Source: Candidatus Levyibacteriota bacterium
Lineage (GTDB): Bacteria > Patescibacteriota > Microgenomatia > Levybacterales > UBA12049
DNA length: 63,932 nt
NCBI GenBank assembly: GCA_052034235.1
Contig: JBPOIT010000010.1
Coordinates: 1-63,932, forward strand
Reading direction: 5' to 3'
Shown here: positions 24,901 to 34,431 of the stretch, piece after piece
Position numbering within the stretch: position 1 is the stretch's first letter
Layout: each line of letters begins with the position of its first letter
Program-made: the position numbers and the translations under genes
Notes under the pieces: generated by a model
The model's database searches: none
Told to the model about the DNA's origin: nothing
The model's input: only the letters and a program-made list of their open reading frames with translations

Positions 24901-26424
24901 ATGCTATCCTACGGCAGTTTGATTATGCGTAATCTTGCGAATCATCGTGCCCGCGTAGATAACGCTCCTAATGTTTCTTATAGCGCATTACAAGAGCAGT
25001 CTAATCTATTTGAGCTCATTACTGACCACGTTCCCGCACTTATCTCTTATATCGACAAACATGAACACTATCTCTTCAGTAATAATCTTTATGAGGAATG
25101 GCTCGGCCTCTCTAAGGAAGCTATTTACGGAAAAACAGTAAAACAGGTTCGTGGTAACGCGGCTTATAAAGTAATTAAACCATATCTGAAAAAAGCGTTA
25201 GCAGGAGAGGAAGTTTCTTATGATAATCTCCTTGTCAAAAAAGATGGCTCAAGTGTCTACATAAATACCCGCTTTGTTCCTCATAAAAATAGTAAAGGGG
25301 AAGTGGAGGGGATTATTGGGTTGGTGCTGGATATTACTGATCGTAAAATTGCTGAGGATAAACTGAAGGATCGGGAGAGACAATTCCGCCATTTAGTTGA
25401 AGCAAATGTTATTGGGGTTATTATAAAAAGTCTTGACGGGCCAATTTATGAGGCAAATGATATTTTCCTCAAGATGGTAGGTTATACACGTGCTGATCTT
25501 GAAGAAGGAAAGGTCGATTGGAAATTGATGACGCCGCCTGAGTATCTAAAAAATGTGCTGAAGTATGAAAAAGAGATTGTATCAAAAGGCTCAGTTATTC
25601 CCTTTGAGAAAGAATACCTTCGTAAAGACGGAACAAGAATTCCGGTTTTGATTGGTGATGTATTACTCGAAAAAGATACAAAAAAGACGATTACCTTTAT
25701 TTTGGATATGACCAAACAAAAAGAGGTTGATCAAAGGAAGGATGAGTTTATTGCTCTTGCTTCACATGAACTCAAAACGCCGCTTACCAGTTTGAAAATG
25801 TATGCGCAACTTATTCAGCATTCATCAGCAAAATTAAAAGATGAACGGGCTATTCGTTTGATGGGAAGTATGGATAAGCAAATAGATAAGCTAACAGAAC
25901 TCGTAAATGACTTGCTTGATGTCTCTCGTATTCAGTCAGGCAAACTCCAATATAAGAAAGAATTATTTGCATTTGATAAACTCATTCGCGAAACTGTCGA
26001 AGAATTGCAGCGGGTTACCAAACATACACTTATTATAGAAGGGCAAACTAAACAAAAAGTACGAGCTGATAGAGATCGTATTAAACAAGTGCTTACCAAT
26101 TTAATCACCAACGCTGTAAAATATTCCCCTAAAGGAGATAAGGTTATTCTTTCGCTAAAGACTTGGGAAAATGCCGTACAAGTGGGTGTTGAAGATTTTG
26201 GCATAGGCGTTCCTGTTGAGCTGCAAAAACGAATATTTGACAGGTTCTTTCAAGTTGAGAGACCGTTAAGTCATACCTATCCAGGTTTAGGACTTGGGTT
26301 GTATATCACGAGAGAAATTATTGAACGACATCATGGAAGTATTTGGGTCGAAAGTAAAAAAACGCAGGGAAGTACTTTTTACTTTACACTACCACTGCAT
26401 GAGAAGGCTGCAAAACAAAAATAG
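24901..26424 (+). CDS. Soluble PAS-domain sensor histidine kinase (orphan, no adjacent response regulator)
   Basis: Two PAS-like modules (..GEVEGIIGLVLDITDRK; ..TITFILDMTKQK), a HisKA domain (FIALASHELKTPLTSL) and HATPase motifs (NLITNAVKYSP, EDFGIGV, GLGLGLYI) are present. ATG 24901 is preferred over the ORF-track start 24850, which overlaps the previous gene. Confidence 0.8.
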   Translation: MLSYGSLIMRNLANHRARVDNAPNVSYSALQEQSNLFELITDHVPALISYIDKHEHYLFSNNLYEEWLGLSKEAIYGKTVKQVRGNAAYKVIKPYLKKALAGEEVSYDNLLVKKDGSSVYINTRFVPHKNSKGEVEGIIGLVLDITDRKIAEDKLKDRERQFRHLVEANVIGVIIKSLDGPIYEANDIFLKMVGYTRADLEEGKVDWKLMTPPEYLKNVLKYEKEIVSKGSVIPFEKEYLRKDGTRIPVLIGDVLLEKDTKKTITFILDMTKQKEVDQRKDEFIALASHELKTPLTSLKMYAQLIQHSSAKLKDERAIRLMGSMDKQIDKLTELVNDLLDVSRIQSGKLQYKKELFAFDKLIRETVEELQRVTKHTLIIEGQTKQKVRADRDRIKQVLTNLITNAVKYSPKGDKVILSLKTWENAVQVGVEDFGIGVPVELQKRIFDRFFQVERPLSHTYPGLGLGLYITREIIERHHGSIWVESKKTQGSTFYFTLPLHEKAAKQK

Positions 26425-26437
26425 TCCACAAAAACCC

Positions 26438-26467
26438 TTGACAAGAATATATACTATATGATATACA
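26438..26467 (+). promoter_or_regulatory. Candidate promoter upstream of rpoB (TTGACA-18 nt-TGaTATACA)
   Basis: TTGACA at 26438-26443, TG at 26459-26460 and TATACA at 26462-26467. This would give a leader of roughly 90 nt. Confidence 0.35.
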
Positions 26468-26490
26468 TATACAGCTCTCTTTCAATCTAT

Positions 26491-26525
26491 AGATACAAGG
26501 GTTTGCATCCCGTGTATCTTTTATT
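26491..26525 (+). terminator. Terminator-like hairpin between the histidine kinase gene and rpoB (terminator or attenuator)
   Basis: AGATACAAGGG-TTTGCAT-CCCGTGTATCT forms 10 bp with one A/G mismatch and a 7-nt loop, followed by TTTATT. It lies 67 nt after the HK stop and 44 nt before the rpoB ATG. Confidence 0.5.
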
Positions 26526-26562
26526 GCATGTATGGAGTTCTCTGCCTTTCTAAACTCATAAA

Positions 26563-29500
26563 ATGCCGAAACAATCTGACCTACAAGGAACAACTAAATA
26601 TATTCGCCAAAATTGGGGCAAAGAAGTAGATGTGTTACCACCTCTCGATCTTTTGGCCGTGCAAAAAAGATCCTACGAACTTTTCCAGCTGCAAGGTATT
26701 AAAGAAATTATTCAAGAAGTTTCTCCCGTTGATGATTTTACCGGTAAGAATTGGAGTCTAGAATTCGGCGAACATAAGATTGGTAAGCCAACTATTGATC
26801 CAGAAACAGCTCTCCTCAAAGGACTCACCTACAACGCACCACTCACAGTAAAAGTGACACTCACAAACAAAAAAACAGAAACAACACATGACGCAGAAGT
26901 TTTCTTAGGTGATATTCCACAAATGACTGAACGTGGTACATTCGTTGTCAACGGTATTGAGCGTGCTGTTGTTAACCAGCTCGTTCGTTCACCAGGAGTT
27001 TTCTTCACAGGCACACAAGATCCAATAACCGGAAAAACACTTTATTCAACAGAAATTCGTCCAGTTCATGGCTCATGGCTTGAATTCTCAACAACACGTT
27101 ACGGTACAATCACCGTTAAAATCGACAGACGCCGTAAATTCCTTGCAACGACATTCCTTCGTGCGCTTGGTATGTCTGATAATGAAGCTATTAAAGAAGC
27201 TTTCAAGAATGTTGCCGGTAAAGAAGGTAAAGGTTCACTGATTGATAACACACTTGCTAAAGACGAAACAACCAGTGAAACAGAAGCACTCGTTGAAATC
27301 TTTAAGAAAATGCATCCAGGAGAACCAGTTGTTTTGGACAAGGTTCGTGAATACTTCACAAATCTTTTCTTCAACAACAGACGCTATGATCTCGGTGTTG
27401 TCGGCCGCTACAAGACCAACAAACGTTTACAAGCTGTAGAAGGTTTCAAAACGACAGAAGAACATGTCTTAACAATTGAGGATATCATTGCATCACTTTC
27501 ATACCTGATCATGCTTGAACAAGGCAAAGGCGATGTTGATGATATTGATAGTCTTTCAAACCGCCGTGTCCGAAGTGTTGGCGAACTCGTTGCAATCAAC
27601 GCATTCCGTGTCGGTATGCTCAGAGTTGAACGAAGTATCAAAGAGCGCATGAGTCTTTTACAGGCTGATGTGCCAATTACCGTTGCTAACCTTATCAATG
27701 CACGTCCAATTATGGCAGCTATCAATGAATTCTTCCGAACTTCACAGCTCTCAACAATCCTCGATCAGACAAACCCACTCGCAGAAATTGATAATTTAAA
27801 TCGTTTAACAGTTATGGGTACCGGCGGTATCTCACGTGAGCGTGCAGCCTTCTCGATCCGTGACATTAACTCTTCCCAATATGGAAGAATTTGTCCGATC
27901 CGTAGTCCTGAGGGTCCAAACATCGGTCTTGTTACCTATCTTGCTTTGTACTCAAAAGTAAACGAATATGGTTTTCTTGAATCACCATACTTAAAAGTCG
28001 TCAAAGAGAAAAAAGGCGACAAAACAATTGTCAGAGTTACCGACGAAATTGTTTACATCACCGCTGATGATGAGCGCGATAAGTATGTTACCCATGCAGG
28101 TGTTACACTTTCAGCTGAGGGTGAAGTGCTTGATGAGCGTATTCCAGTTCGTTATAAAGGTGAGTTCTTAGAAGTTGATCGTGATGTGCTTGATTATATT
28201 GACGTTATACCACGTCAAGTTGTTGGTACTTCAGCATCACTCATTCCATTTATCGCTCACGATGAAGCTAACCGTGCGCTCATGGGAACCCACATGCAAT
28301 GTCAGGCTGTGCCTTTGGTAAATCCAGAGAGTCCAGTTGTTGGAACAGGTATGGAAGCAACCATTGCGGCAGTCATGGGACGTGTTGTTCATGCGCCATT
28401 TGATGGCAAAATTATGTTTGTTGATTCAAACAAAGTCATCATTGAAAGTATACAGGGCGAAAAGAAAACATATACCCTTGAGACATTTGATAGAACATCT
28501 GCTGCAACTTCTTACACACAACGACCACTCGTTACAGAAGGTCAGCTTGTTAAAAAAGGTGATGTCTTAATTGATGGACCTTCCAATCAAAACGGAGAAC
28601 TCGCTTTGGGAAGAAACTTGCTTATTGCTTATGCATCACTTGATGGCTTGGGTTATGAAGACGCTATCGTTATTTCAGACAATTTGGTTAAAGAAAACGT
28701 TCTCTCAAGTATTCATATTGAAAAATATGAAGCAGCAGTTGTTGAAACAAAACTCGGACCTGAAGAAACAACCCGAGATATCCCAAATGTCTCAGAAGAA
28801 GATCTTGGAAATCTTGATGAAGAAGGGATCGTTGTCCTTGGTTCAGAAGTTGGACCTGGAGATATCTTGGTCGGAAAGATTGCACCAAAAGGCGAAACCG
28901 AATTGACGGCAGAAGAAAGACTGCTTCGTGCAATTTTCGGTGAACAAGCTCGTGAAGTCCGTGATACCAGTTTGAGAATGCCTCATGGTGAGCGTGGAAC
29001 CGTTATTAACGTTCAAATCCTTGATCGTAAAGCTGGAGACGAACTCGAACCTGGTTCTATGAGAAAGATTATTGTTGAAGTTGCTCAGTTCCGCCATGTG
29101 TCAGTTGGAGACAAACTCGCAGGACGTCATGGAAACAAAGGTATTATTTCAAGAATCCTTCCAGTTGCTGACATGCCGCATACTGCTGACGGAACGCCTG
29201 TTGATATTATCATCTCACCGGTGTCTATCTTGGCTCGTATGAACCTTGGACAGATTCTTGAAGCTCATTTGGGATATGCAGCACAAAAATTAGGATTCAA
29301 AATGGGTGCACCAGCTTTTGAGAAAATTGATGAAAAGAGAATTGTTGAAGCACTTAAACAAGCAGATTTGCCACTTGATGGTAAAGTACAGCTTTACGAT
29401 GGTAAAACTGGAGATGCTTTTGAAAACCCGGTTGTTGTCGGTATCTCATATATCATGAAACTTATCCACATGGTTGAGGATAAGACCCATGCTCGTTCAA

Positions 29501-29997
29501 CCGGACCATACTCACTCGTTACCCAGCAGCCACTCGGTGGTAAAGCGCAAATGGGAGGACAGAGACTTGGGGAAATGGAAGTGTGGGCACTTGAAGCACA
29601 TCGTGCACGATATATCCTTCAGGAAATGTTGACAATTAAATCAGACGATGTTGTCGGTCGTGCAAAGGCTTTTGAAGCAATCGTTAAAGGAACAGACATT
29701 CCAACACCGAAAGTTCCAGAATCATTCAAGGTTCTTATCAAAGAACTCCAGTCACTTGGTTTGAATGTTATGCCAATGGGTGCTGTTGTTGCAGACGCTA
29801 TCGAAGAAGCAAAGGAAGAAGTTGCATCAGACGAAATTAAAGAAGTAGTAAAAGAACTTGAGGATTCACTTGAAGCCGAAGATGTAGTAGAATCAGCAAG
29901 TGGTGAAGTTGAAGAAGTAGTTGAACCAGCAGAAACAGAAGAACCATCTGAACCGACAGAAGACGATCTGACAGAAACAGAACAAGATAACGTATAA
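26563..29997 (+). CDS. rpoB: DNA-directed RNA polymerase subunit beta
   Basis: Conserved blocks are present throughout (ERGTFVVNGIERAVVNQLVRSPGV; NRRVRSVGEL; GRHGNKGIISRILP; MNLGQILE; GGQRLGEMEVWALEA). There is an acidic C-terminal tail. Confidence 0.97.
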   Translation: MPKQSDLQGTTKYIRQNWGKEVDVLPPLDLLAVQKRSYELFQLQGIKEIIQEVSPVDDFTGKNWSLEFGEHKIGKPTIDPETALLKGLTYNAPLTVKVTLTNKKTETTHDAEVFLGDIPQMTERGTFVVNGIERAVVNQLVRSPGVFFTGTQDPITGKTLYSTEIRPVHGSWLEFSTTRYGTITVKIDRRRKFLATTFLRALGMSDNEAIKEAFKNVAGKEGKGSLIDNTLAKDETTSETEALVEIFKKMHPGEPVVLDKVREYFTNLFFNNRRYDLGVVGRYKTNKRLQAVEGFKTTEEHVLTIEDIIASLSYLIMLEQGKGDVDDIDSLSNRRVRSVGELVAINAFRVGMLRVERSIKERMSLLQADVPITVANLINARPIMAAINEFFRTSQLSTILDQTNPLAEIDNLNRLTVMGTGGISRERAAFSIRDINSSQYGRICPIRSPEGPNIGLVTYLALYSKVNEYGFLESPYLKVVKEKKGDKTIVRVTDEIVYITADDERDKYVTHAGVTLSAEGEVLDERIPVRYKGEFLEVDRDVLDYIDVIPRQVVGTSASLIPFIAHDEANRALMGTHMQCQAVPLVNPESPVVGTGMEATIAAVMGRVVHAPFDGKIMFVDSNKVIIESIQGEKKTYTLETFDRTSAATSYTQRPLVTEGQLVKKGDVLIDGPSNQNGELALGRNLLIAYASLDGLGYEDAIVISDNLVKENVLSSIHIEKYEAAVVETKLGPEETTRDIPNVSEEDLGNLDEEGIVVLGSEVGPGDILVGKIAPKGETELTAEERLLRAIFGEQAREVRDTSLRMPHGERGTVINVQILDRKAGDELEPGSMRKIIVEVAQFRHVSVGDKLAGRHGNKGIISRILPVADMPHTADGTPVDIIISPVSILARMNLGQILEAHLGYAAQKLGFKMGAPAFEKIDEKRIVEALKQADLPLDGKVQLYDGKTGDAFENPVVVGISYIMKLIHMVEDKTHARSTGPYSLVTQQPLGGKAQMGGQRLGEMEVWALEAHRARYILQEMLTIKSDDVVGRAKAFEAIVKGTDIPTPKVPESFKVLIKELQSLGLNVMPMGAVVADAIEEAKEEVASDEIKEVVKELEDSLEAEDVVESASGEVEEVVEPAETEEPSEPTEDDLTETEQDNV

Positions 29998-30001
29998 ACC
30001 T

Positions 30002-33000
30002 ATGAATAACAAAAACAAAAATATATTAAAAGATTTGAACATTGCAGACTTTAAGTCACTTAAGTTGCTGCTCGCAACCAATGATGACATTATGCAGTGG
30101 TCATATGGAGAAGTTACCAAACCTGAAACCATCAATTATCGAACACTTCGTCCAGAAAAAGACGGTCTGTTTGATGAAAGAATTTTTGGTCCTACGAAGG
30201 ATTGGGAATGTTATTGTGGTAAATACAAAAGAATCCGTTACCGTGGTATTATCTGCGACAAATGTGGTGTTGAAGTTACTCTTTCAAGAGTACGTCGTGA
30301 AAGACTTGGACATATTACCCTTGCGTCGCCAGTAGGACACGTGTGGTTCTTTAAGGGTGCATCGAGTGCATTGTCACTTCTTCTTGATGTGCCACAAAAG
30401 AGTCTTGAATCAATCATTTATTATGCATCATACTTCATTACCAATGTTGATGAAGACAAGAAAAAGGAAGCAATCGATAACTTCATTGACACAATGGAGA
30501 AGAGAAAAGAAGGCCTGACAAATCGTATCAAAGACGAAGAAGATCGTATCTCAACTGAAGCTTCTGAAAAAACAAAAGAAGTTAAGGAACAAAAAGTAGG
30601 TACAGAGCAAAAGCAAATGATTGTTGAGGAAGTTGAACTTGCAAAACGTCAGAAACTTAAGAAAACACAAGAATCACTCGAAGGTGAACTCAAAAAGCTT
30701 GATGAAATTTCAAGTACATTTGCAAAACTCCTGAAAAGTCTGAGAGTTGGAAGTGTTTTGTCAGAAGACGAATACTTCAAACTGCTCGAATATGATATTA
30801 AGATCTTCTTCACCATTAAAACTGGTTCAGAAGCACTCGGAGAAGTTATCAATAACCTTGATCTTTCAAAGTTAATCGCAAATCTGAGAACAGAATCTGA
30901 GAAGTCATCAGGACAACGCTATCTCAAACTCGTCAAGAGACTTCGTTTGATCGAAAACATGCGCAAATCAAACATCTCACCAAGCGCAATGGTTATGAGT
31001 GTGCTTCCCGTTATTCCACCGGATCTTCGTCCGATGGTTCAGCTTTCAGGTGGACGTTTTGCAACGTCAGATCTTAACGATTTGTACCGCCGTGTTATTA
31101 ACAGAAACAATCGTTTGAAGCATCTTTTGGCACTTGGTGCACCAGAAATCATTCTTCGAAACGAAAAAAGAATGCTTCAGGAATCAGTTGATGCACTTAT
31201 CGATTCATCACAAAGAAGCAGTCAGACAGTCCAGTCACCACTGAGATCACTTTCAGACATGCTTCGAGGTAAACAGGGACGTTTCCGTCAGAATCTTTTG
31301 GGTAAGCGTGTTGACTACTCAGGTCGTTCAGTTATCGTTGTTGGACCTGAACTTAAATTGTCACAGTGCGGTCTTCCAAAAGAAATGGCTCTTGAAATGT
31401 TCAAACCATTTATCCTTCGCGAAGTTATCGTTCGAGGTCTTGCAACCAACATCAAATCAGCAAAACGCTACATCGAGAAGAGACCACCAGAAGTGTTTGA
31501 TATTCTTGAAGAAATCACCAAGAATCACCCGGTTCTTTTGAACCGTGCTCCTACCTTGCACAAACTCGGTATTCAGGCTTTCTATCCTGTGCTTATCGAA
31601 GGTGCAGCTATTCAGCTTCATCCATGTGTGTGTGCAGGTTACAACGCTGACTTTGACGGTGACCAAATGGCTGTGCACATTCCGCTTTCACAAAAAGCTC
31701 AGGAAGAAGCTGCAGAACTCATGTTGCCAAATCATAACTTGCTTAAGCCAGCGAATGGTGATCCTATTACCCTTCCAAACAAAGAAATGGCACTTGGATC
31801 ATATTACCTGACAACACTTGATGAGAGATTGAGAAGAGACAAAGAAGATATGGGTATATTCTCAAACCCAAATTCAGCAATACTAGCATACGATATCGGT
31901 AAAGTCAGAATGCGAGAACCTATCATGGTAAGACTGAAGACTCGTGCTGATAAAGATCCTGAAATTATTGAAACAAGTGTTGGACGTCTTAAGTTCAATG
32001 AACTTATTCCTTCAGACTACGGCTATATTAATGAAAGTGTTAATGCCGGCGGCATTAAGAAACTCCTTGTCCGTGCAATGAAGCTGTATACATCAGACGA
32101 AGTGGCAGCACTTATTGATCGTATTAAAACGCTTGGTTTCTTCGGTGCAACCATCTCAGGTGTGTCTGTCTCTGTTTTTGATAACGATATCATTCCAGAA
32201 AAACAAGCGCTTGTTGCAATTGCCGAAAAGAAAGTTGCTCAGATTGACGATGAATATCAGCAAGGTTTGATCACGGTTACTGAGAAAAAGAGACTTGCGA
32301 ATGACGTTTGGATGAAAGTAACCGACGAAGTTGGTGACCTTACCTGGAAAGCACTCAAACCAAACAATCCTATCAAAATCTCTATTGATTCAGGAGGATC
32401 CCGTGCAGGTCTCGAACAGCTCAAACAGCTTTCAGCTATCCGCGGACTTATCGTTGATCCTATGGGTAAGATCGTTGAACTCCCTGTGAAATCAAACTTC
32501 CGTGAAGGTCTTTCAATTTTTGAATATGTCGCATCAGCCCGTGGTTCACGAAAAGGTTTGACTGACTCAGCTTTGAAGACAGCAAACGCAGGATACTTAA
32601 CGCGTCGTTTGGTTGACGTTGCTCATGAAGTTATCATTCGTGAAGCAGATTGTGGAACAACTGACGGAGTCCTTCTTGTACGCGGAGAAAAAGATCGAAC
32701 AGCAGCTTTTGCAGACCGAGCAGTTGGACGTGTGATCGCAGCAAATGCAATCTCAAAGACAACAAAGAAAGTACTCTTTAAAGCGAATACAGAAATCACC
32801 GAAGATGAAGCAAAGGCACTTGATGAACATGAAGTGCAAGAACTTGTGCTTCGATCACCTCTCACATGCCAACTCTCTTATGGAATTTGTGCAATGTGTT
32901 ATGGTTGGGACTTCTCAACCAAGAAGATGATCGGCATGGGCGTCCCAGTCGGAGTCATGGCTGCACAGAGTATCGGTGAACCTGGTACACAGCTTACCAT

Positions 33001-33844
33001 GAAGGTTAAGCATTACGGAGGTATCGTTATGTCTGACGTTACCCAAGGTTTGCCACGTGTCGAGGAACTCTTTGAAATGAGAACACCAAAGAATTTGGCA
33101 GCAATTTCAGAGATCACCGGTAAGGTAAAGATCGAAACAAACAACGAAGGTCATAGAATTCACGTTAAGAATACCAAGATCAAACCTATTGAAACACAAG
33201 AATACTTTGTTCCATTGTCAGCAACACTTTCAGTTGAAGATGGTCAGGAGATCACAGCAGGTACAGCACTTGCAGAAGGTGATTTGGATCCAAAAGAAGT
33301 GCTAAAGATTGGTGGACTCCAAATGGTTCAGCGTTATCTCATTACTGAAGTGCAAAAAGTGTACGAGTCCCAAGGTATTGGTATTAATGACAAACATTTT
33401 GAAGTCACCATCCGAAAGATGTCTGACAAGGTTATCGTTGAGAGTGTCGGTGACACATCACTTATCCCAGGTGATTTTGTAACCAAAGCACGATTTGAAG
33501 AGATTAATGCAGGTGTTCTTTCAGAAGGCGGAGAACCAGCAACAGGCAGACAGGTTATCCTTGGTATTACCAAATCGGCATTGTTCTCAGATTCATGGCT
33601 CTCAGCAGCTTCATTCCAAGAAACAACCAAAGTCTTGACCGAAGCAGCACTTGAAGGTCGTGTCGATAAGCTTATCGGTCTGAAAGAAAATGTCATTATC
33701 GGACGCCTCATCCCTGTTGCAGGTATGAAAGGTGAAATGGAAGACCCAGATGCAGAAGGCTCAGATGAAAACGGATCAGAAGAACCAGTAGTAGAAACAG
33801 CTGAAGAACCGGCAGAACCTGTCGAGACGCCAGCAGCAGCATAA
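30002..33844 (+). CDS. rpoC: DNA-directed RNA polymerase subunit beta'
   Basis: The zinc motif (CYCGKYKRIRYRGIICDKCGVEV), NADFDGDQMAVH, and the trigger loop and bridge helix blocks are present. It lies 4 nt after rpoB. Confidence 0.97.
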   Translation: MNNKNKNILKDLNIADFKSLKLLLATNDDIMQWSYGEVTKPETINYRTLRPEKDGLFDERIFGPTKDWECYCGKYKRIRYRGIICDKCGVEVTLSRVRRERLGHITLASPVGHVWFFKGASSALSLLLDVPQKSLESIIYYASYFITNVDEDKKKEAIDNFIDTMEKRKEGLTNRIKDEEDRISTEASEKTKEVKEQKVGTEQKQMIVEEVELAKRQKLKKTQESLEGELKKLDEISSTFAKLLKSLRVGSVLSEDEYFKLLEYDIKIFFTIKTGSEALGEVINNLDLSKLIANLRTESEKSSGQRYLKLVKRLRLIENMRKSNISPSAMVMSVLPVIPPDLRPMVQLSGGRFATSDLNDLYRRVINRNNRLKHLLALGAPEIILRNEKRMLQESVDALIDSSQRSSQTVQSPLRSLSDMLRGKQGRFRQNLLGKRVDYSGRSVIVVGPELKLSQCGLPKEMALEMFKPFILREVIVRGLATNIKSAKRYIEKRPPEVFDILEEITKNHPVLLNRAPTLHKLGIQAFYPVLIEGAAIQLHPCVCAGYNADFDGDQMAVHIPLSQKAQEEAAELMLPNHNLLKPANGDPITLPNKEMALGSYYLTTLDERLRRDKEDMGIFSNPNSAILAYDIGKVRMREPIMVRLKTRADKDPEIIETSVGRLKFNELIPSDYGYINESVNAGGIKKLLVRAMKLYTSDEVAALIDRIKTLGFFGATISGVSVSVFDNDIIPEKQALVAIAEKKVAQIDDEYQQGLITVTEKKRLANDVWMKVTDEVGDLTWKALKPNNPIKISIDSGGSRAGLEQLKQLSAIRGLIVDPMGKIVELPVKSNFREGLSIFEYVASARGSRKGLTDSALKTANAGYLTRRLVDVAHEVIIREADCGTTDGVLLVRGEKDRTAAFADRAVGRVIAANAISKTTKKVLFKANTEITEDEAKALDEHEVQELVLRSPLTCQLSYGICAMCYGWDFSTKKMIGMGVPVGVMAAQSIGEPGTQLTMKVKHYGGIVMSDVTQGLPRVEELFEMRTPKNLAAISEITGKVKIETNNEGHRIHVKNTKIKPIETQEYFVPLSATLSVEDGQEITAGTALAEGDLDPKEVLKIGGLQMVQRYLITEVQKVYESQGIGINDKHFEVTIRKMSDKVIVESVGDTSLIPGDFVTKARFEEINAGVLSEGGEPATGRQVILGITKSALFSDSWLSAASFQETTKVLTEAALEGRVDKLIGLKENVIIGRLIPVAGMKGEMEDPDAEGSDENGSEEPVVETAEEPAEPVETPAAA

Positions 33845-33984
33845 GCAGTATAAAGTATTAAGAGTAAGTATTAAGTATACTGAAGAATAAAGTTATTCCT
33901 TTTTATACTTGATGCTTTATACTAAAAACTCCTTTGTACTTCTTATGTAATGATAAATTACTTGTTCATTTAGGCACAAATTTG

Positions 33985-33993
33985 TGCTATAAT
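33985..33993 (+). promoter_or_regulatory. Candidate extended -10 (TGcTATAAT) of rpsL
   Basis: TG at 33985-33986 and TATAAT at 33988-33993. ATG 34004 is 10 nt downstream with no SD. Confidence 0.5.
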
Positions 33994-34003
33994 ACCAAAA
34001 CAT

Positions 34004-34426
34004 ATGCCAACACTATCACAACTAGCTAAACACGGAAGAAGTAAGAAAAATAAGAAAACGCGTTCAACCGCGCTAAAGAGACTTTTCAATTCAAAAGACC
34101 GTACATATACAGATGCAGATTCACCACAGAAACGTGGAGTTGTTACGTTGGTAAAAACGATGACACCAAAGAAACCAAACTCAGCGCTTCGTAAAGTTGC
34201 GAGAGTGAAGCTTTCCAACAAAATGGAAGTGACAGCCTACATCCAGGGTGTCGGACACACACTTTCAGAACACGGTATCGTTTTGATTCGTGGTGGTCGT
34301 GTTCGTGACTTGCCAGGTGTGAAATATCATGCAGTCCGTGGTAAGTTTGATTTGCTCGGTGTTGACGGCCGTAAGACAAGTAGAAGTATTTACGGAACCA
34401 AATTGCAGAAAGCTGCAGCTAAATAA
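34004..34426 (+). CDS. rpsL: 30S ribosomal protein S12
   Basis: MPTLSQL...PQKRGV...[16 protein letters not shown]....V.AYI.G.GH.L.EH..VL.RGGRV.DLPGV.YH..RG is canonical S12. Confidence 0.97.
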   Translation: MPTLSQLAKHGRSKKNKKTRSTALKRLFNSKDRTYTDADSPQKRGVVTLVKTMTPKKPNSALRKVARVKLSNKMEVTAYIQGVGHTLSEHGIVLIRGGRVRDLPGVKYHAVRGKFDLLGVDGRKTSRSIYGTKLQKAAAK

Positions 34427-34431
34427 CCTAT

